Assembly: GCA_018670435.1 (NCBI GenBank)
Contig: JABHRC010000039.1
Location: 2,964-66,963 of the forward strand
Direction: 5' to 3'
Length of the DNA: 64,000 nt
Source of the DNA: Gammaproteobacteria bacterium
GTDB taxonomy: Bacteria; Pseudomonadota; Gammaproteobacteria; GCA-002705445; GCA-002716945
Position 1 is the first letter of the stretch; the number at the start of each line of letters is the position of its first letter. The position numbers and the translations under genes are program-made. Below, piece by piece: positions 9,474 to 18,959 of the stretch. Below the pieces are notes generated by a model. The model had not been told where the DNA came from, searched no databases, and saw only the letters and a program-made list of their open reading frames with translations.

Positions 9474-10427
9474 AGTATGAAAAAAATATTAATATATGAA
9501 TATATTACAGGAGGAGGCCTTTTAAATGAAGATTTAACTTCTAGTCTTATGAATGAAGCTAATATGATCACCGCATCAATTAACGACTGTTGCCATAAAT
9601 CTAAGTATTTTACGCATAATTCTTTTAGGGATTATCGTCTTTCAGGTACAAATGACAAGGAATTTATCATCTTGAGAGATAATAGCAAAATCTATGACTT
9701 AGAATTTTTAAGAGAATATGATTATGTCTTACCTGTTTTACCAGAAATAGATATGGAACTATATGAATATGTAAAGTATTTAGAGGAACATGGCATTAAT
9801 GCGGTCATATCTAATTCTGATACGATAAAAATATGTTCGGACAAATTAAAATTTTATAAATATTGTAAAAAATATTCTTTACCTTCTATTAATACATATG
9901 AAAAATATAATAATAGTTTAAAAAATAAATTAGTTATGATCAAAGATAGATATGGTGCTGGTTGTTCATACAATGAGGTTGTTAAAAATACTAAAAATAA
10001 TGGAAAAATTGGAAATAATAAAGTTATTCAACCATATATCAATGGTGATGATTTTAGTATATCAATTTATTTTACTAAAAAAAATTTTAAAGTACTTACT
10101 GTCAATAAACAAATAATAGAATATAGAAATAATAAAGCTAGATTACAAAGTATTATTGTAAACATTAAAAATAAATCATATTTAAAAGTATTAAGTCTTA
10201 TATCTAGTATTAAAAATATATTTCCAGGGTTATATGGTTTTGTGGGTGTTGATATCATAGTCAATGAAGATGCTATTTTTCTTGTTGAGATTAATCCTAG
10301 ATTGACAACATCATTTATTGGAATTTATGACACAATAGGCATAAATATTATTGATTTAATTTCATCCAAGAAAGTACTAAAAAATATTATAAGCGGAAAA
10401 AAATATTACATACATAATTATGATTAA
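9435..10427 (+). CDS. ATP-grasp family protein (COG2232-type, second paralogue). The start is probably the internal MKKILIYEY near 9477.
   Basis: C-terminal FLVEINPRLTTSF motif, a paralogue of 4374..5435. The 5' end as given in the ORF track overlaps the convergent gene. Confidence 0.5.
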   Translation: MVIENVYNRDYVHSMKKILIYEYITGGGLLNEDLTSSLMNEANMITASINDCCHKSKYFTHNSFRDYRLSGTNDKEFIILRDNSKIYDLEFLREYDYVLPVLPEIDMELYEYVKYLEEHGINAVISNSDTIKICSDKLKFYKYCKKYSLPSINTYEKYNNSLKNKLVMIKDRYGAGCSYNEVVKNTKNNGKIGNNKVIQPYINGDDFSISIYFTKKNFKVLTVNKQIIEYRNNKARLQSIIVNIKNKSYLKVLSLISSIKNIFPGLYGFVGVDIIVNEDAIFLVEINPRLTTSFIGIYDTIGINIIDLISSKKVLKNIISGKKYYIHNYD

Positions 10428-11469
10428 AAGAAATATATATATTGGCTGGGATATAGGGGGAGCGCATACAAAGTATACCGTATCATTTGAAAGTAAAGAT
10501 GTCGTAGAATGTAGAATTATACATTGTGAGCTATGGAAATCTTTATCAAAGTTAGAAGATATAATCGAAAATGTTAATTTTAAATATAAAAAAAAATTCA
10601 ATATAATAAATTTAATTACTATGTCTGCCGAAATGTGTGATATTTTTTGTTCTAGAAAAAAAGGCGTAAAATCAATACTCTCTTTATTTGAAAAGAGAGA
10701 TTTTATTAATCATATATATACAAAAGATAATGAGATATTAAAATTACAAGGTTTTAAGAAATACTCGTCATGCGAGTCAACGAACTGGATGGTTATAGCT
10801 GATTATTTAAAAAGTTTTGATAAAAACATAGTCGCTATTGATCTAGGATCCACTACTACCGACTTAGTTCTTATAAAAAATCATATATGTGTAAATACAA
10901 GATATGATGATTATTCTGGTTTAAATACAGGAGAGTTACTCTACACAGGAGTGCTAAGAACACCTATTTATTCAGTAACAAATTCTATAGTCTTAAATAA
11001 GAAGACTTACAATATAATACCAGAAAACTTTTCAACAATATCAGATATTTATAGATTACTAAATATTATTAAGAATAAATCTGATTATACTAATACAGCT
11101 GATGGTAGGTCAAAATCAATTAAAAATACATTACATAGAATTTCAAGGGTTTTTGGATTTGATTATACTGCTGATAATAATGATACTATAATTAAGTTAT
11201 CTAAAAAAATCATGTCTATGCACTTAGACCAAATAAGTTATACTATAAAAAGTCATATTAAAAATAATTTTTCTAATGCTAAAAATCTAAAGATTATTGG
11301 CATGGGTGTCGGGAGAACTCTCATTCAAATCATATGTACAAAAAATAGGTGGAAATATATGTCTTTAGATAGATATATAAATATTAAATATAATGAACGA
11401 TTGTGTAACCCATCTGATGCAGCGCCGTCTTGTCTGTCGTCTTTATTATTGAAAAAATACTATGAATAA
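10420..11469 (+). CDS. H4MPT-linked C1-transfer pathway protein (actin-like/hydantoinase-fold ATPase family).
   Basis: N-terminal GWDIGGAHTK is an ASKHA phosphate-1 motif, and an internal IDLGSTTTD motif is present. It sits in the cofactor-biosynthesis cluster. Confidence 0.45.
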   Translation: MIKRNIYIGWDIGGAHTKYTVSFESKDVVECRIIHCELWKSLSKLEDIIENVNFKYKKKFNIINLITMSAEMCDIFCSRKKGVKSILSLFEKRDFINHIYTKDNEILKLQGFKKYSSCESTNWMVIADYLKSFDKNIVAIDLGSTTTDLVLIKNHICVNTRYDDYSGLNTGELLYTGVLRTPIYSVTNSIVLNKKTYNIIPENFSTISDIYRLLNIIKNKSDYTNTADGRSKSIKNTLHRISRVFGFDYTADNNDTIIKLSKKIMSMHLDQISYTIKSHIKNNFSNAKNLKIIGMGVGRTLIQIICTKNRWKYMSLDRYINIKYNERLCNPSDAAPSCLSSLLLKKYYE

Positions 11470-12817
11470 ACAACATAAAATTAGTTATGATTATTATGGG
11501 GATTCTCGTGATATATTTGCAATAATAAAAGATTTGGAATGGTCAGTTTTTTTATGTAGTAATCATGATAAGTTTCAAGATGAGAGATATGACATTCTTA
11601 GTGCAAACCCAGTTGAAAAGATAATATCTTATGAAAAAATAACTACAGTAGAAAACAAAGATGGTATTAATGAATTTAAAGATGATCCAATAGATGTAGT
11701 AGGGGTTATCATGAAAAAATATCCTGCTGATGTAAGTGATTTACCATTTACGGGTGGAGCTATCGGTTACCTCTCATATGACTTAGGCAATCATTATGAA
11801 GGTATAGAAATAAAAACAACTGATATAAATGTTCCATTAATGGCATTCGGAATTTATGACTGGGCAGTTATAGTTGATCACCATAAAAAAAACACTACCT
11901 TGGTTTATAGGAATGAGGATATTTTTATCAAGAAAATAAAGACATGTCTTGAAATGAAAGTGTTTAAGAAGAATAAAGAGAAAAAATTCTATATTAATTC
12001 TCCTTGTACATCAAATATCACTCATGATGAATATCTTGAGAGGTTCAATAAGATACAGGCATATATTAAGAATGGAGATTGTTATCAGATAAACTTTTCA
12101 CAAAGATTTTCTGCCTCTTATACTGGTGATACTTGGGATATTTATAATAAAATAATGCCGGCTTACTCATCACCATACTCAGCATATATTAATATGCCTT
12201 TTGTAAATATAATGAGTTTTTCTCCAGAAAGATTTCTTTCATATGATGGTAATATAGTGGAGACTAAGCCAATAAAAGGAACTCGCCCTGTTTCTAGTAA
12301 TTTAGAAATTAATAAAAATCTTATAGAGGAGTTATCTAGTTCATATAAAGAGAGAGCAGAAAATTTAATGATTGTTGATTTATTAAGAAATGATCTAGGA
12401 AAAAACTGTGAATTTGGTTCAGTAAAAGTTAAAGAATTATTCAGTATTGAGACATTTGCAAATGTCCATCATTTGGTTAGTACTATTCAAGGCAAGATAT
12501 CCGAGAGTAGTAATATTTATAAACTCATCAGGGATTGTTTTCCTGGTGGCTCTATTACTGGTGCTCCAAAAATTAGAGCAATGCAGATAATAAATGAACT
12601 TGAGCCACACAATAGAAATGTTTATTGTGGGTCTATAGGTTATATTAGTTTCAGTGGAACAGCGGATTTAAATATTGCGATTAGAACAGTGATGTCGTCT
12701 GAAGATAAATTATATTTCTGGGGAGGAGGCGGCATTGTCTATGATTCTGAAATAGAATCTGAGTATAAAGAGACATTTGATAAAATTAAGCCTTTACTAG
12801 ATTTGCTTAAAAATTAA
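11462..12817 (+). CDS. pabB: Aminodeoxychorismate synthase component I (chorismate-binding enzyme). It supplies the pABA precursor for H4MPT.
   Basis: C-terminal chorismate-binding signature CFPGGSITGAPKIRAMQIINELE....YCGSIGY. Confidence 0.75.
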   Translation: MNKQHKISYDYYGDSRDIFAIIKDLEWSVFLCSNHDKFQDERYDILSANPVEKIISYEKITTVENKDGINEFKDDPIDVVGVIMKKYPADVSDLPFTGGAIGYLSYDLGNHYEGIEIKTTDINVPLMAFGIYDWAVIVDHHKKNTTLVYRNEDIFIKKIKTCLEMKVFKKNKEKKFYINSPCTSNITHDEYLERFNKIQAYIKNGDCYQINFSQRFSASYTGDTWDIYNKIMPAYSSPYSAYINMPFVNIMSFSPERFLSYDGNIVETKPIKGTRPVSSNLEINKNLIEELSSSYKERAENLMIVDLLRNDLGKNCEFGSVKVKELFSIETFANVHHLVSTIQGKISESSNIYKLIRDCFPGGSITGAPKIRAMQIINELEPHNRNVYCGSIGYISFSGTADLNIAIRTVMSSEDKLYFWGGGGIVYDSEIESEYKETFDKIKPLLDLLKN

Positions 12818-13490
12818 GCCTAATACTTTTTGAGACTTCTTCTGCGCGGTTAGAATTGAATTTATGTCTAGTTTGGAATGAGTCACACAACTGTCCTCTG
12901 AATCCTAAAAAATCAGGCTTTAACTTTTTCAATGTTTCTATATGTGCAATTTTCAAAGATCCAGATAAGCCACAAATCTTATTATGAGATTTAACTATTT
13001 TCAAAAATTCTTTTATTTCTTTTTGAGTTAATAGATCCATGATTGATTTACTATTTTTATAGCATGTATCAATCATTATACCGCTATAACCCATAGCAAT
13101 AAGTTTTTCTACATTATTAAGATTAAAATCTTTATCAGCAAACATCACACAAATGGGCTGTGTATTTTTGAAATTAATATCTTTAAGTATATGTTCATGT
13201 TCTGATAAATATGCATTATCAAAGAATCCTATTTTTAAATAATTAATTTCTTTATCTATAACCATTTTCAGATTCTTTATATTCATATTATTATTAGGAT
13301 TGAGATCATTTCCCATAGTTGCGCTAAGAATGCTATTAGGTAAAAGCCTTTTTACCTTAGAAACTAATTCTATTCCAACAAAACCTAATGCACCATCATC
13401 AACATTTTTTAGGTCTATAATATCTATATCTACTGTTGAGGCAATTTTTGCTTCATCAATATCTTTTATGCTTGCGAGAAATCTTGTCAT
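12807..13490 (-). CDS. mfnB: (5-formylfuran-3-yl)methyl phosphate synthase (MfnB), methanofuran biosynthesis.
   Basis: N-terminus MTRFLASIKDIDEAKIASTVDIDIIDLKNVDDGALG matches the MfnB-family N-terminus (LLVSP.D.EEA..A...GADIIDVKNP..GSLG). Length is about 227 aa. Confidence 0.6.
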   Translation of the reverse strand: MTRFLASIKDIDEAKIASTVDIDIIDLKNVDDGALGFVGIELVSKVKRLLPNSILSATMGNDLNPNNNMNIKNLKMVIDKEINYLKIGFFDNAYLSEHEHILKDINFKNTQPICVMFADKDFNLNNVEKLIAMGYSGIMIDTCYKNSKSIMDLLTQKEIKEFLKIVKSHNKICGLSGSLKIAHIETLKKLKPDFLGFRGQLCDSFQTRHKFNSNRAEEVSKSIRLNF

Positions 13491-13491
13491 A

Positions 13492-14061
13492 TTATTTAAT
13501 ATTTTCTTCTTGGAATGCTTTAATCTTTTTTTCTATCCAAGCCCAAGCTTCGGATTCTCTTGGACCAGCTGTTTTTAAAATTCCGATTCTAAGGTATTCT
13601 ATTTCTTGTAAAATCTTTTCTATTGGTAGCATTTTAAGTCTACTTATAAGAACAGAGGCCTCTATCACTGATGATTGAGCTCTATTGAAACCCATGAATG
13701 GCTTATTGATTACTTTTTTGCTTATGTCACAAATTATATCTGGTCTCCTCTCATCATCTTTGAATTCCTTAGCTATCACATTATAGTGAGTGTTAGCCAA
13801 TAGTAATTGTGGGACCATATCTTTATCTCTGATATTTTCTAACTCCCAATCTTTTTTATATTTGGTCACAATTCCTGCAAATACTCTTACATCATCAATA
13901 AAGTTTATGGTTGCTAGATTATTATTAGTAATGTTTTCCAATGTCTGGGAAGGGCGAAAAGGTGATATTGTAACTTTATTATCAATTATCTGTATCCCCA
14001 TAGGTGCTATATGGACTATACTTTTTTCAGATATTGTTGTAACTATAACTTCATGTATCAT
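13492..14061 (-). CDS. DUF447-like FMN-binding split-barrel protein associated with H4MPT clusters.
   Basis: Size and cluster context. No diagnostic motif beyond the family-level resemblance. Confidence 0.35.
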   Translation of the reverse strand: MIHEVIVTTISEKSIVHIAPMGIQIIDNKVTISPFRPSQTLENITNNNLATINFIDDVRVFAGIVTKYKKDWELENIRDKDMVPQLLLANTHYNVIAKEFKDDERRPDIICDISKKVINKPFMGFNRAQSSVIEASVLISRLKMLPIEKILQEIEYLRIGILKTAGPRESEAWAWIEKKIKAFQEENIK

Positions 14062-15449
14062 TTTTTCTTCTTATAAGTTGAGCCTTGCTCTTTAAATGTA
14101 AGTTTATCATCAATTTTTTCATCTACTATGCAACCCCATTTTAATTCTTCATCCTGCTCATATGATTTCCCAAGTTGATATGCAATTTGTGCTCTAGCTA
14201 ATTCTACTCCTAAATAAAAAGCATGCCCTGTATCATCTCCGACATCTATTCTTTTAAAAAAATCAAAGGGATCAATTGCAGTCTGTAAGCTATTTTTATT
14301 AAATAAGTGTACTCCATCATCTGTATTCATAATTCTATAGTTAGAATCATTGACTTGTTCATATAATTCCTTTACTTCTTCTTGATTATATTTTACTGGG
14401 TCTTCTTCATGAGTTGTAAGCAAACCTGAATTAATATGTTTCGGTGTAGTATTTTCTTGGTTAGCTGCCAAAATAATCCTGCGAGCTAAATCGCTTTCTT
14501 TAATTACTGTACTGCAGTGTTTGCTAACTTCTGTAGTTAGAATATGATTAATTTTAAGTTCAGAAATTATACCCATCAGTATCATAGTCATTCCGGTTGT
14601 ATCCGCATGAGTAAGCTCTGTTACATTGCCTGTACCCATCATAATATGAATATCAGGATATTTTTTTCTTAATTCACTATATCTGATAATGGATTGTGTA
14701 AAACCATAATTTATTGGATCTAAAATAGGATCTGCAATAAATATTCGTTTGTCTGCAATACATTTATCAATGCAATCAAATAGACTCATCATATCTCCAT
14801 CTTTGGGTATCAGAATAGGGTAAGAGTCTACTTCATCTAAAATGTAATAATTATCTGATTTTATACTCAAGAGGTAATCTGCTCCGGATTTACCTCCAAG
14901 AATTAATTCTTTATCTAAATGTGAATCTATACTGACATAAAAATCCTGATGTTTTAATTCTTGAATTGTTTCAGCTAAATGTGGAAATGGTTTGTTAGGT
15001 AAACATCCAATATCTATCACATCAGCGCCATTATTTCTATAATAACTAGCCATACGAATAATATCTTGTACTTTCATATTAGGGGCATCAGTTATTTCAG
15101 AAAATATATGTACCTCATACTTGGAGAGATCATACTTTAGAGGAATACCACCAAACATAACAGGCAGATCTTTTAATTCTTCTGGCCCTCTTTCGATTGC
15201 AATATTAAGTTTTTTGGCTAACTCATCTATATCACCTCTAACCTTCCCAGGTAAAATGATCTTGTTAAAGCCATCTATATCACCAATACGTCTATATATC
15301 ATCTCTGTAGTAAGCAATGCGGCAACATTTACATTAAGATCTCTTGTTTCATAAATAAAATTCTTATCTTTTATAGAATCCAAAATTTTTTTTAAATTCT
15401 TTTCAGCTAGCTTTCCAGTGATAAACAAAATTTTATTTTTCATATCCAT
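14058..15449 (-). CDS. Dihydropteroate synthase-like protein of H4MPT biosynthesis (MJ0107/MptH-like pterin-binding enzyme).
   Basis: DHPS-like motifs are present: GADVIDIGC, VSIDSHL and GADYLLSI. Its length (463 aa) fits the archaeal-type H4MPT enzyme rather than FolP. Confidence 0.5.
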   Translation of the reverse strand: MDMKNKILFITGKLAEKNLKKILDSIKDKNFIYETRDLNVNVAALLTTEMIYRRIGDIDGFNKIILPGKVRGDIDELAKKLNIAIERGPEELKDLPVMFGGIPLKYDLSKYEVHIFSEITDAPNMKVQDIIRMASYYRNNGADVIDIGCLPNKPFPHLAETIQELKHQDFYVSIDSHLDKELILGGKSGADYLLSIKSDNYYILDEVDSYPILIPKDGDMMSLFDCIDKCIADKRIFIADPILDPINYGFTQSIIRYSELRKKYPDIHIMMGTGNVTELTHADTTGMTMILMGIISELKINHILTTEVSKHCSTVIKESDLARRIILAANQENTTPKHINSGLLTTHEEDPVKYNQEEVKELYEQVNDSNYRIMNTDDGVHLFNKNSLQTAIDPFDFFKRIDVGDDTGHAFYLGVELARAQIAYQLGKSYEQDEELKWGCIVDEKIDDKLTFKEQGSTYKKKK

Positions 15450-15970
15450 TCCCCCAAAGCTTTATTTAGACTTACAACATCGTCCACAACATCTACGTTT
15501 TTAAATTTTTTTAATTTTTCATAATTTTCTAGCTCTATATCTCTAGGATATAGTGTCACAGATTTTTTTGGCGCTTGTGTAATTACTGTAGGTTCAGTAT
15601 CACAAGCGAAAACAATTGAATGTATTTTACATTTCCCAGCTTGTGCAAACATATTTGTTATTAGACTATCTGATAAACCATAAGACATTTTTGCAATTGT
15701 ATTAGATGTTGTTGGAGAAACTATAATCAGTTTATATACGCCTTCATAGAGTAAGCTAACAGGAGCAGAGCTAGAAGTTATATCTTTGAAGACCTTTATT
15801 CCTTTTGATTTGAAATCTTCGAGACTATAGTCATACCATTTAAGAACTTCTTCACCCGCTTTACTAAGAAATAAATCAACATTTTTTAGAGTAAGAATTA
15901 TTTCTATTGATTCTTTTAAGTAGTGACCAGAACCAGTAATACACCATGCTATCCTTTTTTTGTCATTCAT
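15440..15970 (-). CDS. AfpA/DmrB-family flavoprotein, a candidate dihydromethanopterin reductase.
   Basis: The N-terminus RIAWCITGSGHYLKESIEI is typical of the archaeal-flavoprotein/DmrB family. 176 aa. Confidence 0.5.
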   Translation of the reverse strand: MNDKKRIAWCITGSGHYLKESIEIILTLKNVDLFLSKAGEEVLKWYDYSLEDFKSKGIKVFKDITSSSAPVSLLYEGVYKLIIVSPTTSNTIAKMSYGLSDSLITNMFAQAGKCKIHSIVFACDTEPTVITQAPKKSVTLYPRDIELENYEKLKKFKNVDVVDDVVSLNKALGEWI

Positions 15971-16574
15971 AATGTTTTACATTTTCACTTATTATTTTTT
16001 TATATTCTATCAAGTCTTTCTGACTGTTTATATTGATAAATATATTTTTCTCATCTGAAAAATCTACTAGTTCTAAATCACATTGATTATACCACTTATC
16101 AATTTTCCTCTGACCAGTATCTAGAAATAATTTTAAATTATTCAATAAATCTTTTTTTATTAAGGAATATACTGGTTGTATCCTGTCTCCGTCATGTGCA
16201 GCTCTAACATCAAAATTACTATTAATATCAATCATCCTTTCAAAATAGACGTGGTTTACTAATGGTCCATCGCAAGGTAAGGTCATTATATATTTAGTTT
16301 TAGCATTCGTAAGTGACGTATACATGCCAGATAAAGGCCCTTGATAATTATCCAATATATCTTTCCAGGCTATCAAACCTATTTCACTATATGCATTAAG
16401 ATTTCTATTAGCATTGACATAAATTTCATTCGAATATTCTTTACATATATTATTCAAGTATTTAATAATATATTTTTTATTTATCTGTAGTAAGCCCTTA
16501 TCTTGACCACCCATTCTCTCGGATTTTCCTCCTGCCAATATGACTATTGTTATATCTTCTTTATTTATTTTCAT
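15963..16574 (-). CDS. mobA: Molybdenum cofactor guanylyltransferase (MobA-like).
   Basis: N-terminus ITIVILAGGKSERMGGQDKGLLQI is the MobA signature. 203 aa. Confidence 0.6.
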   Translation of the reverse strand: MKINKEDITIVILAGGKSERMGGQDKGLLQINKKYIIKYLNNICKEYSNEIYVNANRNLNAYSEIGLIAWKDILDNYQGPLSGMYTSLTNAKTKYIMTLPCDGPLVNHVYFERMIDINSNFDVRAAHDGDRIQPVYSLIKKDLLNNLKLFLDTGQRKIDKWYNQCDLELVDFSDEKNIFININSQKDLIEYKKIISENVKHYE

Positions 16575-16630
16575 TTTATTAAAAGGTTATCATTAGGTAT
16601 TAATTATCTTATATAATAGAATAACTCAGC

Positions 16631-17587
16631 ATGAACAATAAGCGTATATATTTAGCCCCTATGGTTGGCAGAACTGATCAATATTATAGGTCATTTGTAA
16701 GAATATTATCAAAAAATATCTATTTATATACGGAAATGATCACATGCGACTCTTTTCTTCATACAGATAGAAAAAATTATACAGTCAAGGAAGAAGAAAA
16801 AAACCTAACAATACAGCTAGCTGGTTCAGATCCTAAAAAATATGGTCTGTGTGCCAGTATTATTGAGGAGAAAGGTTACAATGAAATTAATCTGAATATT
16901 GGATGCCCTAGTTCTAAAGTAGTAAAAGGAGAATTTGGAGCTTGCTTAATGAGAGATCCAGATAAGGTAGCTGATTGTGTTTATGAGATAAAAAAATCAT
17001 GTAGTTTGCCTATTTCTATAAAAACTAGATTGGGACTAGGCTATGAAGAAAATCTTGATTTACTGTTTAACTTAATTGATAAAACAAAAGATTCGGGATG
17101 TAGTAAATATATAATCCATGCAAGAAATGCAATTTTAAATGGCTTGAGCCCAAAAAAGAACAGAAAGATACCATTGCTTAGGTATGCAGATGTAAGTGTC
17201 ATAAAAAATGCTTACCCTGATCTTAAATTTTATTTGAATGGTGGAGTTGATGATATTTTAGAAATTAGAAAAAATATTAATAAATTTGATGGATTAATGA
17301 TTGGAAGAAAAATATATGATAACCCGATGTTCTTGAATGAAATTGAAGAAAAAATATATGGTAATGAAGGGGTGCTATCTAGAAAGAGTATTCTAGACAA
17401 ATATTTAAAATATGCACTGAGTCCAGAAAATAAAGATACAAGTAATTATCTCTTGCTTAGGCATTTGTTTAGTTTATATTATAATACTAGCTCATCTAAG
17501 AAATGGAAAAAATTTATACATGATATTATTCAATCAGATAAAAACATAGAACTTATAACTAATTTTGAAGAATCAACATATGACTAA
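16631..17587 (+). CDS. dusA: tRNA-dihydrouridine synthase A.
   Basis: N-terminus YLAPMVGRTDQYYR, the NIGCPS motif, and a length of 318 aa. Confidence 0.8.
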   Translation: MNNKRIYLAPMVGRTDQYYRSFVRILSKNIYLYTEMITCDSFLHTDRKNYTVKEEEKNLTIQLAGSDPKKYGLCASIIEEKGYNEINLNIGCPSSKVVKGEFGACLMRDPDKVADCVYEIKKSCSLPISIKTRLGLGYEENLDLLFNLIDKTKDSGCSKYIIHARNAILNGLSPKKNRKIPLLRYADVSVIKNAYPDLKFYLNGGVDDILEIRKNINKFDGLMIGRKIYDNPMFLNEIEEKIYGNEGVLSRKSILDKYLKYALSPENKDTSNYLLLRHLFSLYYNTSSSKKWKKFIHDIIQSDKNIELITNFEESTYD

Positions 17588-18392
17588 GAAGCTAAAGCTA
17601 ACAGCTAAAACAGCTAATAAATACGACTTGTATGAACTATCAGTTCAGAATGTAGATTTTGAGGTTGAATTTATCTCAAAAACTTTCAAGAAATATAATA
17701 AGTCAGAGTGCAACAGCGTTAGAGAAGATTTTTGTGCTTCAGCAAAAATATCATCTGCTTGGGTGCAAAATAGTTCCAATAATACCGCTTATGCAATTGA
17801 TTTGGATGAGAATATTCTCCAGTTTGCTAAAAAAGAGTGTTTGAATTCTTTAGGGGAAGATGAGTTTAATAGAATTAAATTAATAAAGGGTAATTCTCAA
17901 ACTAAGCAGACACCAAAAGTTGACTGTGTTTCTGCCTTCAACTTTAGTTATTGGGTGTTTCATAACAGAAAAGATCTCGTTAAATATTTTAAAAATTCTT
18001 ATAAGAACCTTAAACCAAAAGGTTTGTTGATGTTAGATGCTTTTGGTGGTTATGAGGCTCATCAAGAACTAGAGGAGAAGACTAAATATAAAGATTTTAC
18101 CTATTGCTGGGACCAACATAGCTTTAACCCAATAACAAATTATATAACATGTCATATACATTTTGAGTTTAACGATGGTTCTGTCATTAAGAAAGCTTTT
18201 GAATATAATTGGAGATTATGGTCTTTGCCTGAAATCAAGGAATGTTTAACTGAGGCAGGGTTCAAGTCTATTGATATATACATGCAACGCTGGGATTATA
18301 AAAATAATCAAGAAACTGAAAAATTCTATAGAATGACTAAATGTGATGCGGATCCAGGCTGGATCGCATATATTGTGGCATCCAAATATTAA
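17565..18392 (+). CDS. Class I SAM-dependent methyltransferase of unknown specificity.
   Basis: Rossmann-like methyltransferase motif order (IDLDENIL acidic motif II; LLMLDAF). Overlaps the dusA stop. Confidence 0.4.
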   Translation: MKNQHMTKKLKLTAKTANKYDLYELSVQNVDFEVEFISKTFKKYNKSECNSVREDFCASAKISSAWVQNSSNNTAYAIDLDENILQFAKKECLNSLGEDEFNRIKLIKGNSQTKQTPKVDCVSAFNFSYWVFHNRKDLVKYFKNSYKNLKPKGLLMLDAFGGYEAHQELEEKTKYKDFTYCWDQHSFNPITNYITCHIHFEFNDGSVIKKAFEYNWRLWSLPEIKECLTEAGFKSIDIYMQRWDYKNNQETEKFYRMTKCDADPGWIAYIVASKY

Positions 18393-18436
18393 CGATAAAT
18401 ATTTCTATATATATCAAACTTCTCTATACTTATATC

Positions 18437-18771
18437 GAGAGTCAACTATATGATCGCTGTGTAAACAGAGGAAAGTCCGGGCTCCATAGGCAATAGTGCC
18501 AGGTAACACCTGGGAAACGTGAGTTTACGGAAAGTGCTGCAGAAAATAACCGCTAGTATTTAATATTAGTAAGGGTGAAAAGGTGAGGTAAGAGCTCACC
18601 ACATACAAGGTAACGAGTATGGTTGAGGCAAACCCCACTAGGAGCAAAGCAAATTTATAGCATTTTGTCAGCCTAAGACACGCTATATGGTAAGCTGCTA
18701 GAGGTTTTTGGTGACAAAAATCCCAGATTAATGATCATACACGACAGAACCCGGCTTATCGGTTGACTCTC
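18437..18771 (+). ncRNA. rnpB: RNase P RNA (type A, M1 RNA).
   Basis: Conserved GAGGAAAGTCCGGGCTCCATAGG..GTGCCAGGTAAC, the GGGTGAAAAGGTGAGGTAAGAGCTCACC block, and the 3' ACAGAACCCGGCTTATCGG. A P1 helix forms between GAGAGTCAAC and GGTTGACTCTC. Confidence 0.88.
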
Positions 18772-18885
18772 AGAACATTTATTCATTATTTAATCACTAT
18801 AATCCTATAACTTATTGTTTAATATAAGCATTTTATTAATATGAATCATTTTTAACATATTCTATGTATTTATGTAGCTAAAGAC

Positions 18886-18914
18886 TTGCATGGATCAATA
18901 AAAAGTCATATAGT
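18886..18914 (+). promoter_or_regulatory. Candidate sigma70 promoter of the dcw cluster (Pmra): TTGCAT, 17-nt spacer, TATAGT.
   Basis: Hexamers read directly from the sequence, about 45 nt upstream of mraZ. Confidence 0.45.
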
Positions 18915-18959
18915 GTTGATATATGGTAATTTATGTAAGATTGTGGGGAATAATGGTAA

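Noticed and set aside
13300-13678. Plus-strand ORFs 13300..13578 and 13436..13678 spanning the mfnB/DUF447 junction.
   Set aside because: They are antisense to two well-supported minus-strand genes, with repetitive Phe/Ser/Leu-rich translations and no recognisable domain.
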